Source: Candidatus Saccharimonadota bacterium
GTDB taxonomy: Bacteria; Patescibacteriota; Saccharimonadia; CAILAD01; BJGX01
Length of the DNA: 64,000 nt
Direction: 5' to 3'
NCBI GenBank assembly: GCA_046350735.1
Contig: JAXLZU010000001.1
Coordinates: forward strand, 684,462-748,461
Shown: positions 55,054 through 64,000 of the stretch, piece by piece
How the letters are laid out: each line of letters starts with the position of its first letter
Numbering within the stretch: position 1 is the stretch's first letter
Notes under the pieces: model-generated
What the model was told of the DNA's origin: nothing
What the model saw: only the letters and a program-made list of their open reading frames with translations
The model's database searches: none
Made by a program: the position numbers and the translations under genes

Positions 55054-55503
55054 ATGAAAATATTAGCCAAGAACAAACGAGCCAAATTTGACTATACCAT
55101 CAGCAAGACATATCTAGCTGGCATTGTTTTGAGTGGCCAAGAAACCAAGAGTGCCCGATCTGGTGCAATTAGCCTAAAAGGCAGTTTTGTTTACTTTAGT
55201 GGCAATGAGGCTTATCTTACCAACGCTACTATCACTGCCTACAAACACGCCTCGCACACCGAGAGCTATGACCCTACCCGAAACCGCAAGCTCTTATTAC
55301 AAAAGAAAGAGCTGGTAGAGCTTCGAGAAGCCGTGCAATCTACTGGGATGACAGTACTACCCCTAGCAATGGGCTTAGAACGTAACCTTATTAAAGTAGA
55401 GATTGGCCTAGGACGGGGTAAAAAAGCTTACGACAAGCGTCAAAGCATAAAAAAGCGCGATATGTTACGCGATGCTAGCCGCGATATTAAACCTACGCGC
55501 TAA
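55054..55503 (+). CDS. smpB: SsrA-binding protein SmpB.
   Basis: KRAKFDY...SGQE.KS...ISLKGSF...KLLLQKKE matches the SmpB pattern. 149 aa. Confidence 0.85.
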   Translation: MKILAKNKRAKFDYTISKTYLAGIVLSGQETKSARSGAISLKGSFVYFSGNEAYLTNATITAYKHASHTESYDPTRNRKLLLQKKELVELREAVQSTGMTVLPLAMGLERNLIKVEIGLGRGKKAYDKRQSIKKRDMLRDASRDIKPTR

Positions 55504-55663
55504 AAAATATATTATTTTTTGTGTTCATTTGCGTTTCTTATCTGTTGAAACTAAATAATATTACATATACTTAATGCTATAGCATTAAGTATATGTGTAA
55601 AATACATGGATTTTCTTCTGTCGGCTTGAATTATCAGTGAATATTGCTTATGCTAGAAGTATT

Positions 55664-56674
55664 ATGAATTCCCTCTCTTCTATTGCAGCCCAGTTATTAA
55701 CAGACCCAAAAGGACTTTTGGCAGCTGATGAGTCGACCAAGAGTGCCAATAAGCGCTTAGCAGCATTAAATATAGAGCAGACCGAAGAAATGCGACGTAT
55801 ATATCGCCAAATGCTCTTTACTACACCCAATGTCGCACAATACATTAGCGGTGTAATACTCTATGACGAAACAATTCGTCAAACCACTGACGATGGCCGG
55901 CCCTTTGCTGATTATTTGCAAGAACAAGGCATAATTCCAGGTATAAAAGTTGATGGTGGTCTGGTAGACCTGACTAACTTCCCTGGTGAAACGGTTACAG
56001 AAGGTCTCGATGGTTTGGCAGAACGGCTGGCAGAGTATTACAAAATGGGTGCTAGGTTTACCAAATGGCGTGCAGCTTTTGGTGTAGATGAGTCGGCCAA
56101 GCTACCGAGCTCTACCGCCATACATGCCAACTTACATGGTATGGCACGGTACGCCGCCCTTGCCCAAGCGACTGGTATGGTACCAATTGTCGAACCCGAA
56201 GTTCTCTATGATGGCAGCCACAGCCAGAAGGCCTGCCAAGACACCTTAAGTAATGTCTTACGTATACTATTCGATCTCTTAACTGCTTACCGTGTAGATC
56301 TGACTGGCGTTATTCTTAAATCGAGTATGGTTCTAGCCGGCAAAGAAAATACCCAGCAAGCCGACCCGCACGCTGTCGCCAACGCTACCCTGCAAGTGTT
56401 TAATGAGCGTGTACCCAAAGAAGTGGCTGGTATTGTTTTTCTATCTGGTGGACAAAGCCCAGATATGGCAACTGCCAATCTTAACGCTATCGGCAGTGCC
56501 GGCAAGCAGCCATGGCCTATTACCTTCTCTTTCTCGCGCGCCGTGCAAGACCCTGTAATGGCCAAGTGGGATGGCAAAAGCCAAAATGTTATTGAAGCTC
56601 AAGCAATCTTTGCCCAACTTTTAGCCAATAACTCACTCGCCCGCGACGGTAAATTTGTGGCAGATAAAAATTAA
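55664..56674 (+). CDS. fba: Fructose-bisphosphate aldolase, class I.
   Basis: GLLAADESTKSANKRL, ILYDETIRQ and a Schiff-base-type fold. The start is moved to the ATG at 55664; the ORF track begins at a GTG at 55637. Confidence 0.85.
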   Translation: MNSLSSIAAQLLTDPKGLLAADESTKSANKRLAALNIEQTEEMRRIYRQMLFTTPNVAQYISGVILYDETIRQTTDDGRPFADYLQEQGIIPGIKVDGGLVDLTNFPGETVTEGLDGLAERLAEYYKMGARFTKWRAAFGVDESAKLPSSTAIHANLHGMARYAALAQATGMVPIVEPEVLYDGSHSQKACQDTLSNVLRILFDLLTAYRVDLTGVILKSSMVLAGKENTQQADPHAVANATLQVFNERVPKEVAGIVFLSGGQSPDMATANLNAIGSAGKQPWPITFSFSRAVQDPVMAKWDGKSQNVIEAQAIFAQLLANNSLARDGKFVADKN

Positions 56675-56708
56675 TTGCAAAAAAACTAAAAAAACTTTGA
56701 AAAAAGTT

Positions 56709-56738
56709 GTTGACAAGGCTTATGCTTAACCAGTATTA
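56709..56738 (+). promoter_or_regulatory. Sigma70-like promoter (TTGACA, 18 nt, TATTAT) with the recurrent GCTTATGCTT motif in its spacer.
   Basis: ttgaca aggcttatgcttaaccag tattat in the AT-rich region between fba and the surface protein gene. Confidence 0.4.
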
Positions 56739-57060
56739 TGGATTTAGTGCTGCACACTAAAATTACTCAAAACAAAAACAAAGCTCTTTTTTACAGATTG
56801 GCGGAGGCATAAAGCCCCGCCAATTTGTTTTAACAAAATAACCAACATAGACAAATTAATGTATTCGAGCCAAATTGCGGCTCGATTTTTTTTTGGCTAA
56901 ACCAAAATTCTTATACTTATATATATACTAACTCCAAAAAGTTGGTTACAATAAAAATAGATTTGATTTAAGAATCATAAGGTAAACAAAAATCAAAAAA
57001 ACAAAAAGCCAGGTAAAAGATATTTTTAATCTGCTATTTACCTACTCAATAGCAGCTCTT

Positions 57061-60000
57061 TTGGTATTTACGAGCTTTGTTACTTTGTTTGCTAACCCTC
57101 TACCTGCACACGCTGCTTCGCTTACCTGGGATGGTGGTGGTGCTGATAACAATTGGAGCACTTGTGCTAACTGGACAACTGATACTTGCCCAATTGCAGG
57201 TGATACTGTTACTTTTAATGCAACATCAACCAAGAACTCGACAATAGATGCAGGTGCACCTGCTAGTGTTGCAACACTAACTATTGCAGCTGGTTATACC
57301 GGCACAATCACCCTAGCACGGACCTTCGCAACTACCACTACATTTTCTCAAGCAACAGGCAGTTTTACTGCATCCAATTAATCCCTCACTATGGCGGCCT
57401 TTACACTCTCCGGTGGGACATTTACTGCTAGTTCTGGTACGACAACCGTTAGTGGAGCCGTGACAGTATCGGGTACACCAACGTTTAATCACAATAGTGG
57501 CACCGTCACCTTTTCGGGTGGTGCTGCAACTATAGCTTGTAACGGGATCTCACTCAATACGGCAACCTTTACCAATACGGGCCTAAAAACAATTAGCTCG
57601 GGATGTACTATTCCGATGGGGGCCAGCCCCACTATTGCTAACGCTGTAACTGTAAATGGCACTCTATCTGGCAGCGGCACACTTACTATCACTACAGGTA
57701 CTTTTTTGCTCGGTACTACCGGAAGTCTTTCGGGATTTACAGGTATATCTGCTGGGTCCAACCTAACCATAAATGGTACCCTCAACGCGAGTAGCTATTT
57801 ACCATTTTCCGTAACAGGAGCATTTGCCCTAGGTGGAACTGCTACTTTTACTGCCCCGAGTGGCACACTCTCGGCAGGAAGTCTCAATTTTACACTTGGG
57901 TCTACATTCAGTGCGAATGGCGGCACCATAGATTTTACTGGGGGTTCTTCATCATCTGTTTGTGGCAATGCAGTGTTTAATCTAGTTACGTTTCACAACA
58001 CAGCAACAAAGACCATTGGCAGTGATTGCACACTGCCATTAGGTAATAATCCTACAATTTCCAACGCTATTACTTTGAATGGCACGTTTACTGGCAGCGG
58101 TACATTAACAACCACCACTGGTGGCTTTACTATAGGAACAACTGGAGTATTGTCTGGATTTTCTGGTATCAGTACCGGCGCTGCTTTAACTATAAATGGC
58201 ACACTTAATGCGGGCAGCTATTCTACTTTTACTTCTGTAGGGGCTTTTACTCTAGGTGCAGCATCGGTCTTTACTGCTCCATCTGGTTCTATGAGCCTAC
58301 AAGGCAGTGTCACTTTTACTGCGGGTATGACATTCAATGCCAATGGTGGAACGATTAATTTAATTGGAAGCAGTGGTACCATCTCATGTGCAAATGCTAC
58401 TTTCAATCTAGTATCAATTAGTGCTGGTACGAATACCAAAACAATAAATAGTGATTGTAATCTGCCTCTCGGTAACAATCCATCAATTACTCGTGTAGTA
58501 CTAAATGGTACTCTTTCTGGAACAGGCACACTCACCCATACTACCTCAACATTTCAGTTAAATGCCGGTGCTACACTAAGCGGATTTACAGGACTGCAGG
58601 ATAATGTCTCTCTCATTATTGCAGGTGCCAACCTAGATGTAAGCACATATAGTACGTTTAATGTTGCTGCGATACAGATGACATCAGGTTCATTAACAGC
58701 ACCCCCAGGAATTATGAATGTAAGCGCTAATTTAACTTTTACAGGAGGGGTGTTTAATGCTAATGGCGGAACAACAAACTTTTATAGTTCAACTTCGGCA
58801 TCAGTAGCTTGCAATAATGCCGTTTTTAATCATGTTACTCTAAATAAAAGCAATGTTATAACAATAGGTAGTGATTGCTCATTACCGTTAGGCAATAATC
58901 CTACAATAACTAATAGTGTCAATGTGAATGGTACACTTACAGGTACAGGAACCTTAACTGCCGCCATTCTTACTCTTAATGCTGGGTCAAATCTCTCAGG
59001 TTTTACTGGCATAGAGGTAAATTACCTCACAATTTCAGGAGCAACATATGATGCAAGCACATATTCACTTTTTAATGTTTCAGGTGGATATATTCAAACT
59101 GGAGGCTTTGTTACTCTGCCTTCAGCTGGAGCTTCATTCTTTAATTTTAATTTAAATGCTGGCTCAACCTTAACTGCTTCTACGGGTGTAATCAGTATTG
59201 AGGGCAATTTTACTACAGCTGCTGGATCTATTTTTAATGCCAATGGCGGAACCATTACATTTGTCGGTACCAATAGTCAAATATTAGGTTGTTATGGAAC
59301 TGTTTTTAACTCTGTTGTAATTAATAAATTTTCTGGTGACATGTTTATTAACTCTCTATGTAATTTACCTTTGGGGAGCAATCCAACTGTATATATTGGT
59401 GGTACATTATTTTTAAACGGTCAATTATCAGGAGCTGGAACACTTAGTAATTCGTCTGGTACACTAACTATTCTGTCATCCGCTGAACTCAGTGGTTTTA
59501 CTGGTTTGAATGTTAACAATTTAACCTTAGATGAAGCTAATGCTGATTTTGGTACATATAATACGCTTGATATTAACGGGACGTTATGGGTATCAACCAA
59601 TTCGACCTTCAAGGCAACATCTGCAATTATGACAATAAGTGGCTGGTTACTACTAGATAGCGGCTCTACATTCGATGCAAACAATGGTACGGTAATTTTA
59701 GATGGCAACAATCAGCAGATCAATGGTAGCATAACGTTTTATGACCTTACTAAGCACATTGCTAGCACAGATACGCTAACTTTTTCAGCAGGCTCAACTC
59801 AAACAATTTTGGGAGCACTGAGTTTTAAAGGTGCAAATACAGATAATCTCTTAAATCTCGTATCGTCCGACCCAGGGGTTACTCCCTGGATTATAGATGC
59901 CCAGGGTAGTAGAACTCTCCAATACCTTAATGTAAGTGATAGTACTAATATTAATCCCGCAGTAATGATAGCCTATGACAGTATTAATAGTGGTAATAAT

Positions 60001-60309
60001 ACCAATTGGAGTTTTCAGAGCACGCCTGCCCCTCCCACTCCTACGCCTACTCCAGATAATCCTAGCTCTTCGACAGTAACAAATAACACGAATGGATATG
60101 TATTACATCCAGCTGATGCTATTGAAGGCAGCGTTACGATAGTTGATAGTAATAATAACAACCCAGATAACGCCGGCAGAAAACCTAACAAAAATCCTAA
60201 TCAAACCTATACATTTATCTGGTGGTCATCCATTATCGGCATACTGCTTCTTACCGCTCTTCTGGCTTATATTCTCTACGTTACAGATAAGAAAAACCAC
60301 CATACATAG
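57061..60309 (+). CDS. Large repeat surface protein: signal peptide, about seven roughly 135-aa tandem repeats, Pro/Thr linker and a C-terminal TM anchor. An in-frame TAA at 57379-57381 interrupts it. It may be a pseudogene, or there may be a sequencing error.
   Basis: ORFs 57061..57381 and 57391..60309 are in the same frame, separated only by TAA. The repeat unit carries NGGTI.F.G...C.NA.FN.V....KTIGSDC.LPLGNNPTI...LNGTL.G.GTLT. The C-terminal anchor is WWSSIIGILLLTALLAYILYV. Confidence 0.55.
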
Positions 60310-60310
60310 C

Positions 60311-60517
60311 ATGAGCAAACTAATATCAAAGATGAGTAGTAGCACCATGATAATACTGGGAACAGTTTTGGTACTTGTACTACCCCTATGTCTAATTGGC
60401 TATTTTACTACCAACAATCCAGCCCTACTGGTTATTTCTATGCTTGGCGTAGTTACCTTTCCGATTGGTATGGTTATGCTCGCTGTAGGTGTTATGACTT
60501 TCAAAAAGAATAAATAA
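60311..60517 (+). CDS. Small membrane protein (68 aa, two TMs).
   Basis: The ATG sits 1 nt after the upstream stop. MSKLISKM...ILGTVLVLVLPLCLIGYF...MLGVVTFPIGMVMLAVGV. Confidence 0.4.
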   Translation: MSKLISKMSSSTMIILGTVLVLVLPLCLIGYFTTNNPALLVISMLGVVTFPIGMVMLAVGVMTFKKNK

Positions 60518-60540
60518 AAAAGACTTACCTGAGTAAGTCT
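60516..60540. terminator. Bidirectional terminator hairpin (agacttac-ctga-gtaagtct) with a flanking A-run/T-run.
   Basis: 8-bp perfect stem between convergent genes. Confidence 0.5.
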
Positions 60541-60551
60541 ATACTGATTGT

Positions 60552-61010
60552 TTATTGTGCAAATCTCCCGGTGCCATGTAGCCAATCAATATCGTCCTGT
60601 GTGACGGCAATTGGGGGTTTAGTCTTAAAGTACCAACCATTAATCTCATAAATAAGTCTTTTCTTGCTAAGATAGCTCAGCGCTGCAGACATCTGCGGAT
60701 CTTCGAGTACAAATTCGCGCTCTTCGAGCTTTCTTGCAAGCTCAATGCCCATGATCGCCCTTGGTGGGTAATCCAAGATATCGAGAATAGCTATAGAGAG
60801 GGTATCCAGCTCTTCGAGTAACTGATGTATGGCATCGGCAAAATCAACTCCATCTTGTAGCTTCTGCCAGATCATTTCTAGCATTGGGTCGCTAGGTTTT
60901 GCAGAAGTACGAATCTTTTCTTCATCGACAAATCCGACCAGCATATCGACGACTTCCTCAAGCTCTGTCTTACTACTCTCGGACATTGCAGCTCCTTCTG
61001 TAGAGATCAA
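60552..61010 (-). CDS. Hypothetical acidic cytoplasmic protein.
   Basis: 152-aa ORF with a terminator downstream. No recognisable motifs. Confidence 0.4.
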   Translation of the reverse strand: MISTEGAAMSESSKTELEEVVDMLVGFVDEEKIRTSAKPSDPMLEMIWQKLQDGVDFADAIHQLLEELDTLSIAILDILDYPPRAIMGIELARKLEEREFVLEDPQMSAALSYLSKKRLIYEINGWYFKTKPPIAVTQDDIDWLHGTGRFAQ

Positions 61011-61098
61011 GCTGGCAATATACTACCAGATATATTAACTCTGTACAAGATAAATATAAAAACCCATACAATTGCTGTATGGGTATGTAATTATATGT

Positions 61099-61497
61099 TT
61101 AGTAAGCGGGATTCTCTCGAGCGGGAATAAGCAAGCTGACTACCAGAACAAGTAAAAATGAGATTATCAACGAAGTTGTATAACTGATAGTATCTGTTAC
61201 AAGCAGTTGGTGTGAATACAAGACTCCTACAAGTATCATTAGTACCCACGCAACGAGTGCTGTACGGATTGCCAGTGCAAGAAAAACTACCACTAATGCA
61301 GCGCTACCATAAAAAATCGCACCAAACAGCAATAGCGGTAAGCCAAGCACGCAGTTCTTTAAACCCGTTAGCGCAAACTTCCATGCTTCTTTCGTAGGGT
61401 TACGATGTGCAATATATTCGTCATAATCATCCCAAGAGGAAGCTTTAGCGCCTACATCTTCTGTATCCATTTTTTCTCTCCTGACGGACCGGTACAA
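61099..61497 (-). CDS. Hypothetical membrane protein (three to four TMs).
   Basis: 132-aa ORF with hydrophobic segments. Confidence 0.4.
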   Translation of the reverse strand: MYRSVRREKMDTEDVGAKASSWDDYDEYIAHRNPTKEAWKFALTGLKNCVLGLPLLLFGAIFYGSAALVVVFLALAIRTALVAWVLMILVGVLYSHQLLVTDTISYTTSLIISFLLVLVVSLLIPARENPAY

Positions 61498-61570
61498 AAC
61501 GGAATAATTATACTATTATTACATGTCTTTAGCAACAAAAAAGACCTTTGCATATCACGAAGGTCGCTTT

Positions 61571-61969
61571 TGGTGGAGCTGGCGGGTTCTGCCCCCGCGT
61601 CCATACGGTTTGAAAAAATATCGTCTTCAAGCATAGTCGATTCTAATGGGATTTTACAAGCCCCAAGAGTGTAAAAAACCGACAAGAGCGCTCAAGTTGC
61701 TTGCTCTCTTTATTTTTCTTAGATCTCGCCCAGAGAGGTGGTAAGACCGCATCCAGATAATCGACGCTTGTTACCCTATCTGGTGTCTAGGTAGTAAGCG
61801 GCATAGCGTATTAGGCGTATGCTGGCGCAAGGCTAGGAGCTGCAAAAGCAGCCTTTACCTTGCTAATAAGTGTATTGGCACTTAAAGTGTTTTGGAACGG
61901 CTAACGTGCATTCCAGCCCGGCTTGCGAATATTTTTCAAAGTTCCATATGTCAAAGCTAATACAGCCCC
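61571..61969 (-). ncRNA. ssrA: tmRNA (transfer-messenger RNA).
   Basis: Minus-strand 5' GGGGCUGUAUUAGCUUUGAC... compares with E. coli GGGGCUGAUUCUGGAUUCGAC. The 3' ...GGACGCGGGGGCAGAACCCGCCAGCUCCACCA compares with E. coli GGACGCGGGUUCAACUCCCGCCAGCUCCACCA. There is a 7-bp acceptor with the G3:U pair, a T-arm GCGGG/CCCGC, and an internal tag-like frame ...AAFAAPSLAPAYA-stop preceded by UAAGU-GCC. A canonical promoter lies directly upstream, and smpB is in the window. Confidence 0.75.
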
Positions 61970-61979
61970 ATAAGAAGAG

Positions 61980-62008
61980 ATTTTACTTGTTATAAGGTAA
62001 AATGTCAA
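61980..62008 (-). promoter_or_regulatory. Sigma70 promoter for tmRNA (TTGACA, 17 nt, TAAAAT) ending about 10 nt before the tmRNA 5' end.
   Basis: Minus strand reads TTGACAttttaccttataacaagTAAAATctcttcttatGGGGCUG. Confidence 0.5.
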
Positions 62009-62079
62009 GAATGCTTATGCTTGTGCTGTAGATAATTTTTTGGTATAAATATATTTCTCCGATAGACAAGGAGTGTACC

Positions 62080-62370
62080 TTGCAGCAACAAAAGACCAAG
62101 AGCAGTCAGAATCAAGACAAAGTAGAAGAAGTCGAAGAAATACCTGAAGCAACAAAGCCAGACCTAACTGATACCGAAGAGCTTTTAGACAAAATCGATG
62201 AGCTTCTCGATGAAGATACCGTTGCCGAAGCAATTGCCAAGAAGAAATTTAAAGAAAAGCTCAAGTCAATTCAATTTGTTAGGCCTACTAGAGAGGTGCC
62301 TGTCACACTGGCAGTCACCACTGTCATTGCCTGTGAGTTTCGTTGCGAGAATTGCACCTGCGGGCGCTGA
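62080..62370 (+). CDS. Small acidic protein (96 aa, TTG start with an AAGGAG Shine-Dalgarno) with a Pup-like LTDTEELLDKIDELLDE motif and a Cys-rich C-terminus.
   Basis: Shine-Dalgarno aaggag lies 7 nt upstream of the TTG. The sequence is ...PDLTDTEELLDKIDELLDEDTVAEAIAKK...TLAVTTVIACEFRCENCTCGR. Confidence 0.4.
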   Translation: MQQQKTKSSQNQDKVEEVEEIPEATKPDLTDTEELLDKIDELLDEDTVAEAIAKKKFKEKLKSIQFVRPTREVPVTLAVTTVIACEFRCENCTCGR

Positions 62371-62412
62371 GCACATAAGAACTGCACTTAGCCTCAAGTA
62401 TATAGCTTGAGG

Positions 62413-63603
62413 CTATTTTTTATACTTCTCTAATACCTCTGCATACATCTCGTCATACTTTTTCCACGTATCAGAAATGTCGTGGTGCGATATTATTTCT
62501 AAGCTTGCCCTGGAGAACTTCTGACGAAGTTTTTCGCTACTTAAAAGCTTAAACATTCTATCGGCCAGCTGATTGGAATTACCATCTGCAAAGGTAAAGC
62601 CATTGATATCATTCTGGCAAAGTTCTGGCAAAGCACCCGCTCGTACCGCTAGTACTGGCAAACCGACTGCCATGGCCTCCATAGTGACGAGGCTTTGCAG
62701 CTCTACTGGGCTAGCAATAACAAATCCATCACTGGCTGCCAAGTACTCTCGTTTGCGTTCGTGCTCGGTGACATATCCCGTAAAAATAACGTTTTTTTCT
62801 ATACCAAGCTTTTTTACTTGTCGCCGAAGCTGTTTGCGAGCATTGCCGTCACCCAAAAGTATTAATGTAGCATTAAACGTGGCGTATTCTTTAGCAAACG
62901 CGGTAATTATCACATCAATTCTCTTCTCTACCCCGAGACGACCAGCATACATCAACACATTATCTGCAGTTATACCAAGCTTCTTGCGTAGTGCTTGCTT
63001 GTCTGAAGAGATTGGCTTATTAATGCGTAAATCTATACCATTACTAATTGCTCTGGTTGGTACACTAAGTCCGTTACGTTTGAGGTAGCGAATACCTGTA
63101 TTGGTAGGACTCATTACCATGTCGGCCTGGTTGTATACTCTAGCAATGTAACGCCATCCAAATTTATTCAAACCTCGCTGCAAGCCTTTAAACCAACTAA
63201 GGCCAAAGGTAATACTTTCGGGCATTAAATGACTACCAATTACCAACGGAATACCGTGTCGCTTGGCATATTTCATGGCCGCACGGCTTAATGGAAAAAG
63301 ATTATTTGCATGAATAATGTCTGGTTGGCCAACCTGATCTATAAATTGAACAAGTTGTTTGTACGGTCGTTTACCAAAGCGTAAGTTCTTTTGTAGGTGC
63401 GGTGAGAACGATCGTAATCGTTCAACAGAATACCCATGAGGTGATTTTTCACTATAGGGCGTTGCTTTATTGGCAATAGCCGGAGCAACCACAGTAGTTT
63501 GGTAACCCACTTTAGGCAAATTAGTTGCCATAGCATCGGTCACCGTCTCGGTGCCGCCAATAGAGGGGGCAAAAAGATCTGAGACAATCAACAAATGTTT
63601 CAT
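62413..63603 (-). CDS. Glycosyltransferase family 4.
   Basis: 396 aa with a GT-B fold. The N-terminus LIVSDLFAPSIGGTE and the C-terminal EX7E-like region are typical of GT4. Confidence 0.7.
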   Translation of the reverse strand: MKHLLIVSDLFAPSIGGTETVTDAMATNLPKVGYQTTVVAPAIANKATPYSEKSPHGYSVERLRSFSPHLQKNLRFGKRPYKQLVQFIDQVGQPDIIHANNLFPLSRAAMKYAKRHGIPLVIGSHLMPESITFGLSWFKGLQRGLNKFGWRYIARVYNQADMVMSPTNTGIRYLKRNGLSVPTRAISNGIDLRINKPISSDKQALRKKLGITADNVLMYAGRLGVEKRIDVIITAFAKEYATFNATLILLGDGNARKQLRRQVKKLGIEKNVIFTGYVTEHERKREYLAASDGFVIASPVELQSLVTMEAMAVGLPVLAVRAGALPELCQNDINGFTFADGNSNQLADRMFKLLSSEKLRQKFSRASLEIISHHDISDTWKKYDEMYAEVLEKYKK

Positions 63604-64000
63604 ATAGGATAGTTCTTAACAAATTCAGCTATTTTTTCAGCTGCATGCTCGTGGCGTAACCTGGTTTTTTCGTATGCGGCCCCACCAACAGTCACATTAC
63701 CATTAAGAATATCTTGGGTAGCTCGGGTAGCTAGTGCAGCCGTTGATGCCCAAACACCCGCGTGATTGCTCACCACGTACTCTAGGTTGCCTTCTTCTTG
63801 TCCAGGCAGGAAATCATAGATAACAATAGGCAAACGGCTCACAATGGCCTCTACGATGGTCCCAGGGCCTGCTTTCGTTAATAACACATCGGCAGCATGC
63901 ATCATGTCGGCGATGTCATCCCTAAATCCATATACAATGGTTGGTTTCTTCCAGTTTCTCTTGCTGAGATTCTTCTCGAGAGTAGCATTGCGACCAGCAA
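63600..64000 (-). CDS. C-terminal part of a GT28-like (MurG/MGDG-synthase-like) glycosyltransferase, partial: the N-terminus lies beyond the window end.
   Basis: HAADVLLTKAGPGTIVEAIVSRLPIVIY resembles the MurG C-terminal domain (ADLVISRAGAGTVAE...P.ILIP). The ORF remains open to position 64000. Confidence 0.55.
   Translation of the reverse strand, partial: AGRNATLEKNLSKRNWKKPTIVYGFRDDIADMMHAADVLLTKAGPGTIVEAIVSRLPIVIYDFLPGQEEGNLEYVVSNHAGVWASTAALATRATQDILNGNVTVGGAAYEKTRLRHEHAAEKIAEFVKNYPI

Overview
This 64 kb window looks like a low-GC (about 40%), monoderm genome with small proteins, possibly a Candidate Phyla Radiation / Saccharibacteria-like organism. It uses the standard genetic code, and most genes are on the minus strand. 

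Well-supported housekeeping genes are gyrB-gyrA, pheS-pheT, purD, trpS, argS, smpB, rmuC, a class I fructose-bisphosphate aldolase, a UvrD/AddA-type helicase-nuclease, a 16S rRNA gene, tRNA-Ile(GAT), tRNA-Ala(TGC) and a tmRNA (ssrA). 

The main finding is two paralogous, tightly packed operons encoding F1-ATPase-like alpha, beta, gamma and a truncated epsilon. One copy also has b and delta. Neither operon has a subunit a. In both, the c-ring subunit is replaced by a signal-peptide-bearing extracellular domain fused to a c-subunit-like helical hairpin in which the ion-binding carboxylate is replaced by Gln. 

Both operons are flanked by very large membrane-anchored fibre or adhesin proteins. 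These carry collagen-like, beta-helix and YadA-head-like repeats and a phage-tail-fibre type S74 self-cleaving chaperone domain. One copy is also preceded by an LPXTG/PKD surface protein, a coiled-coil membrane protein and a membrane-anchored VirB4/VirD4-superfamily ATPase. I read this as an F1-like ATPase repurposed for a cell-surface function (motility, fibre handling or secretion) rather than ATP synthesis. 

Other observations worth a second look: 
- The 16S gene is not linked to a 23S gene, its 5' end is duplicated in the leader, and the spacer-type tRNAs are relocated next to a GC-rich islet that has a tRNA 5' fragment. 
- PheT carries an NlpC/P60-like domain inserted in its B5 domain. 
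- The arginyl-tRNA synthetase (ArgS) HIGH motif is degenerate. 
- One fibre gene is split by a frameshift and a surface protein gene by an in-frame TAA. 
- A GCTTATGCTT motif recurs in promoter regions. 
- There is an unassigned structured ncRNA candidate upstream of purD. 
- A small acidic protein has a Pup-like motif and a Cys-rich tail. 

All coordinates were derived by hand from the sequence and the ORF track.
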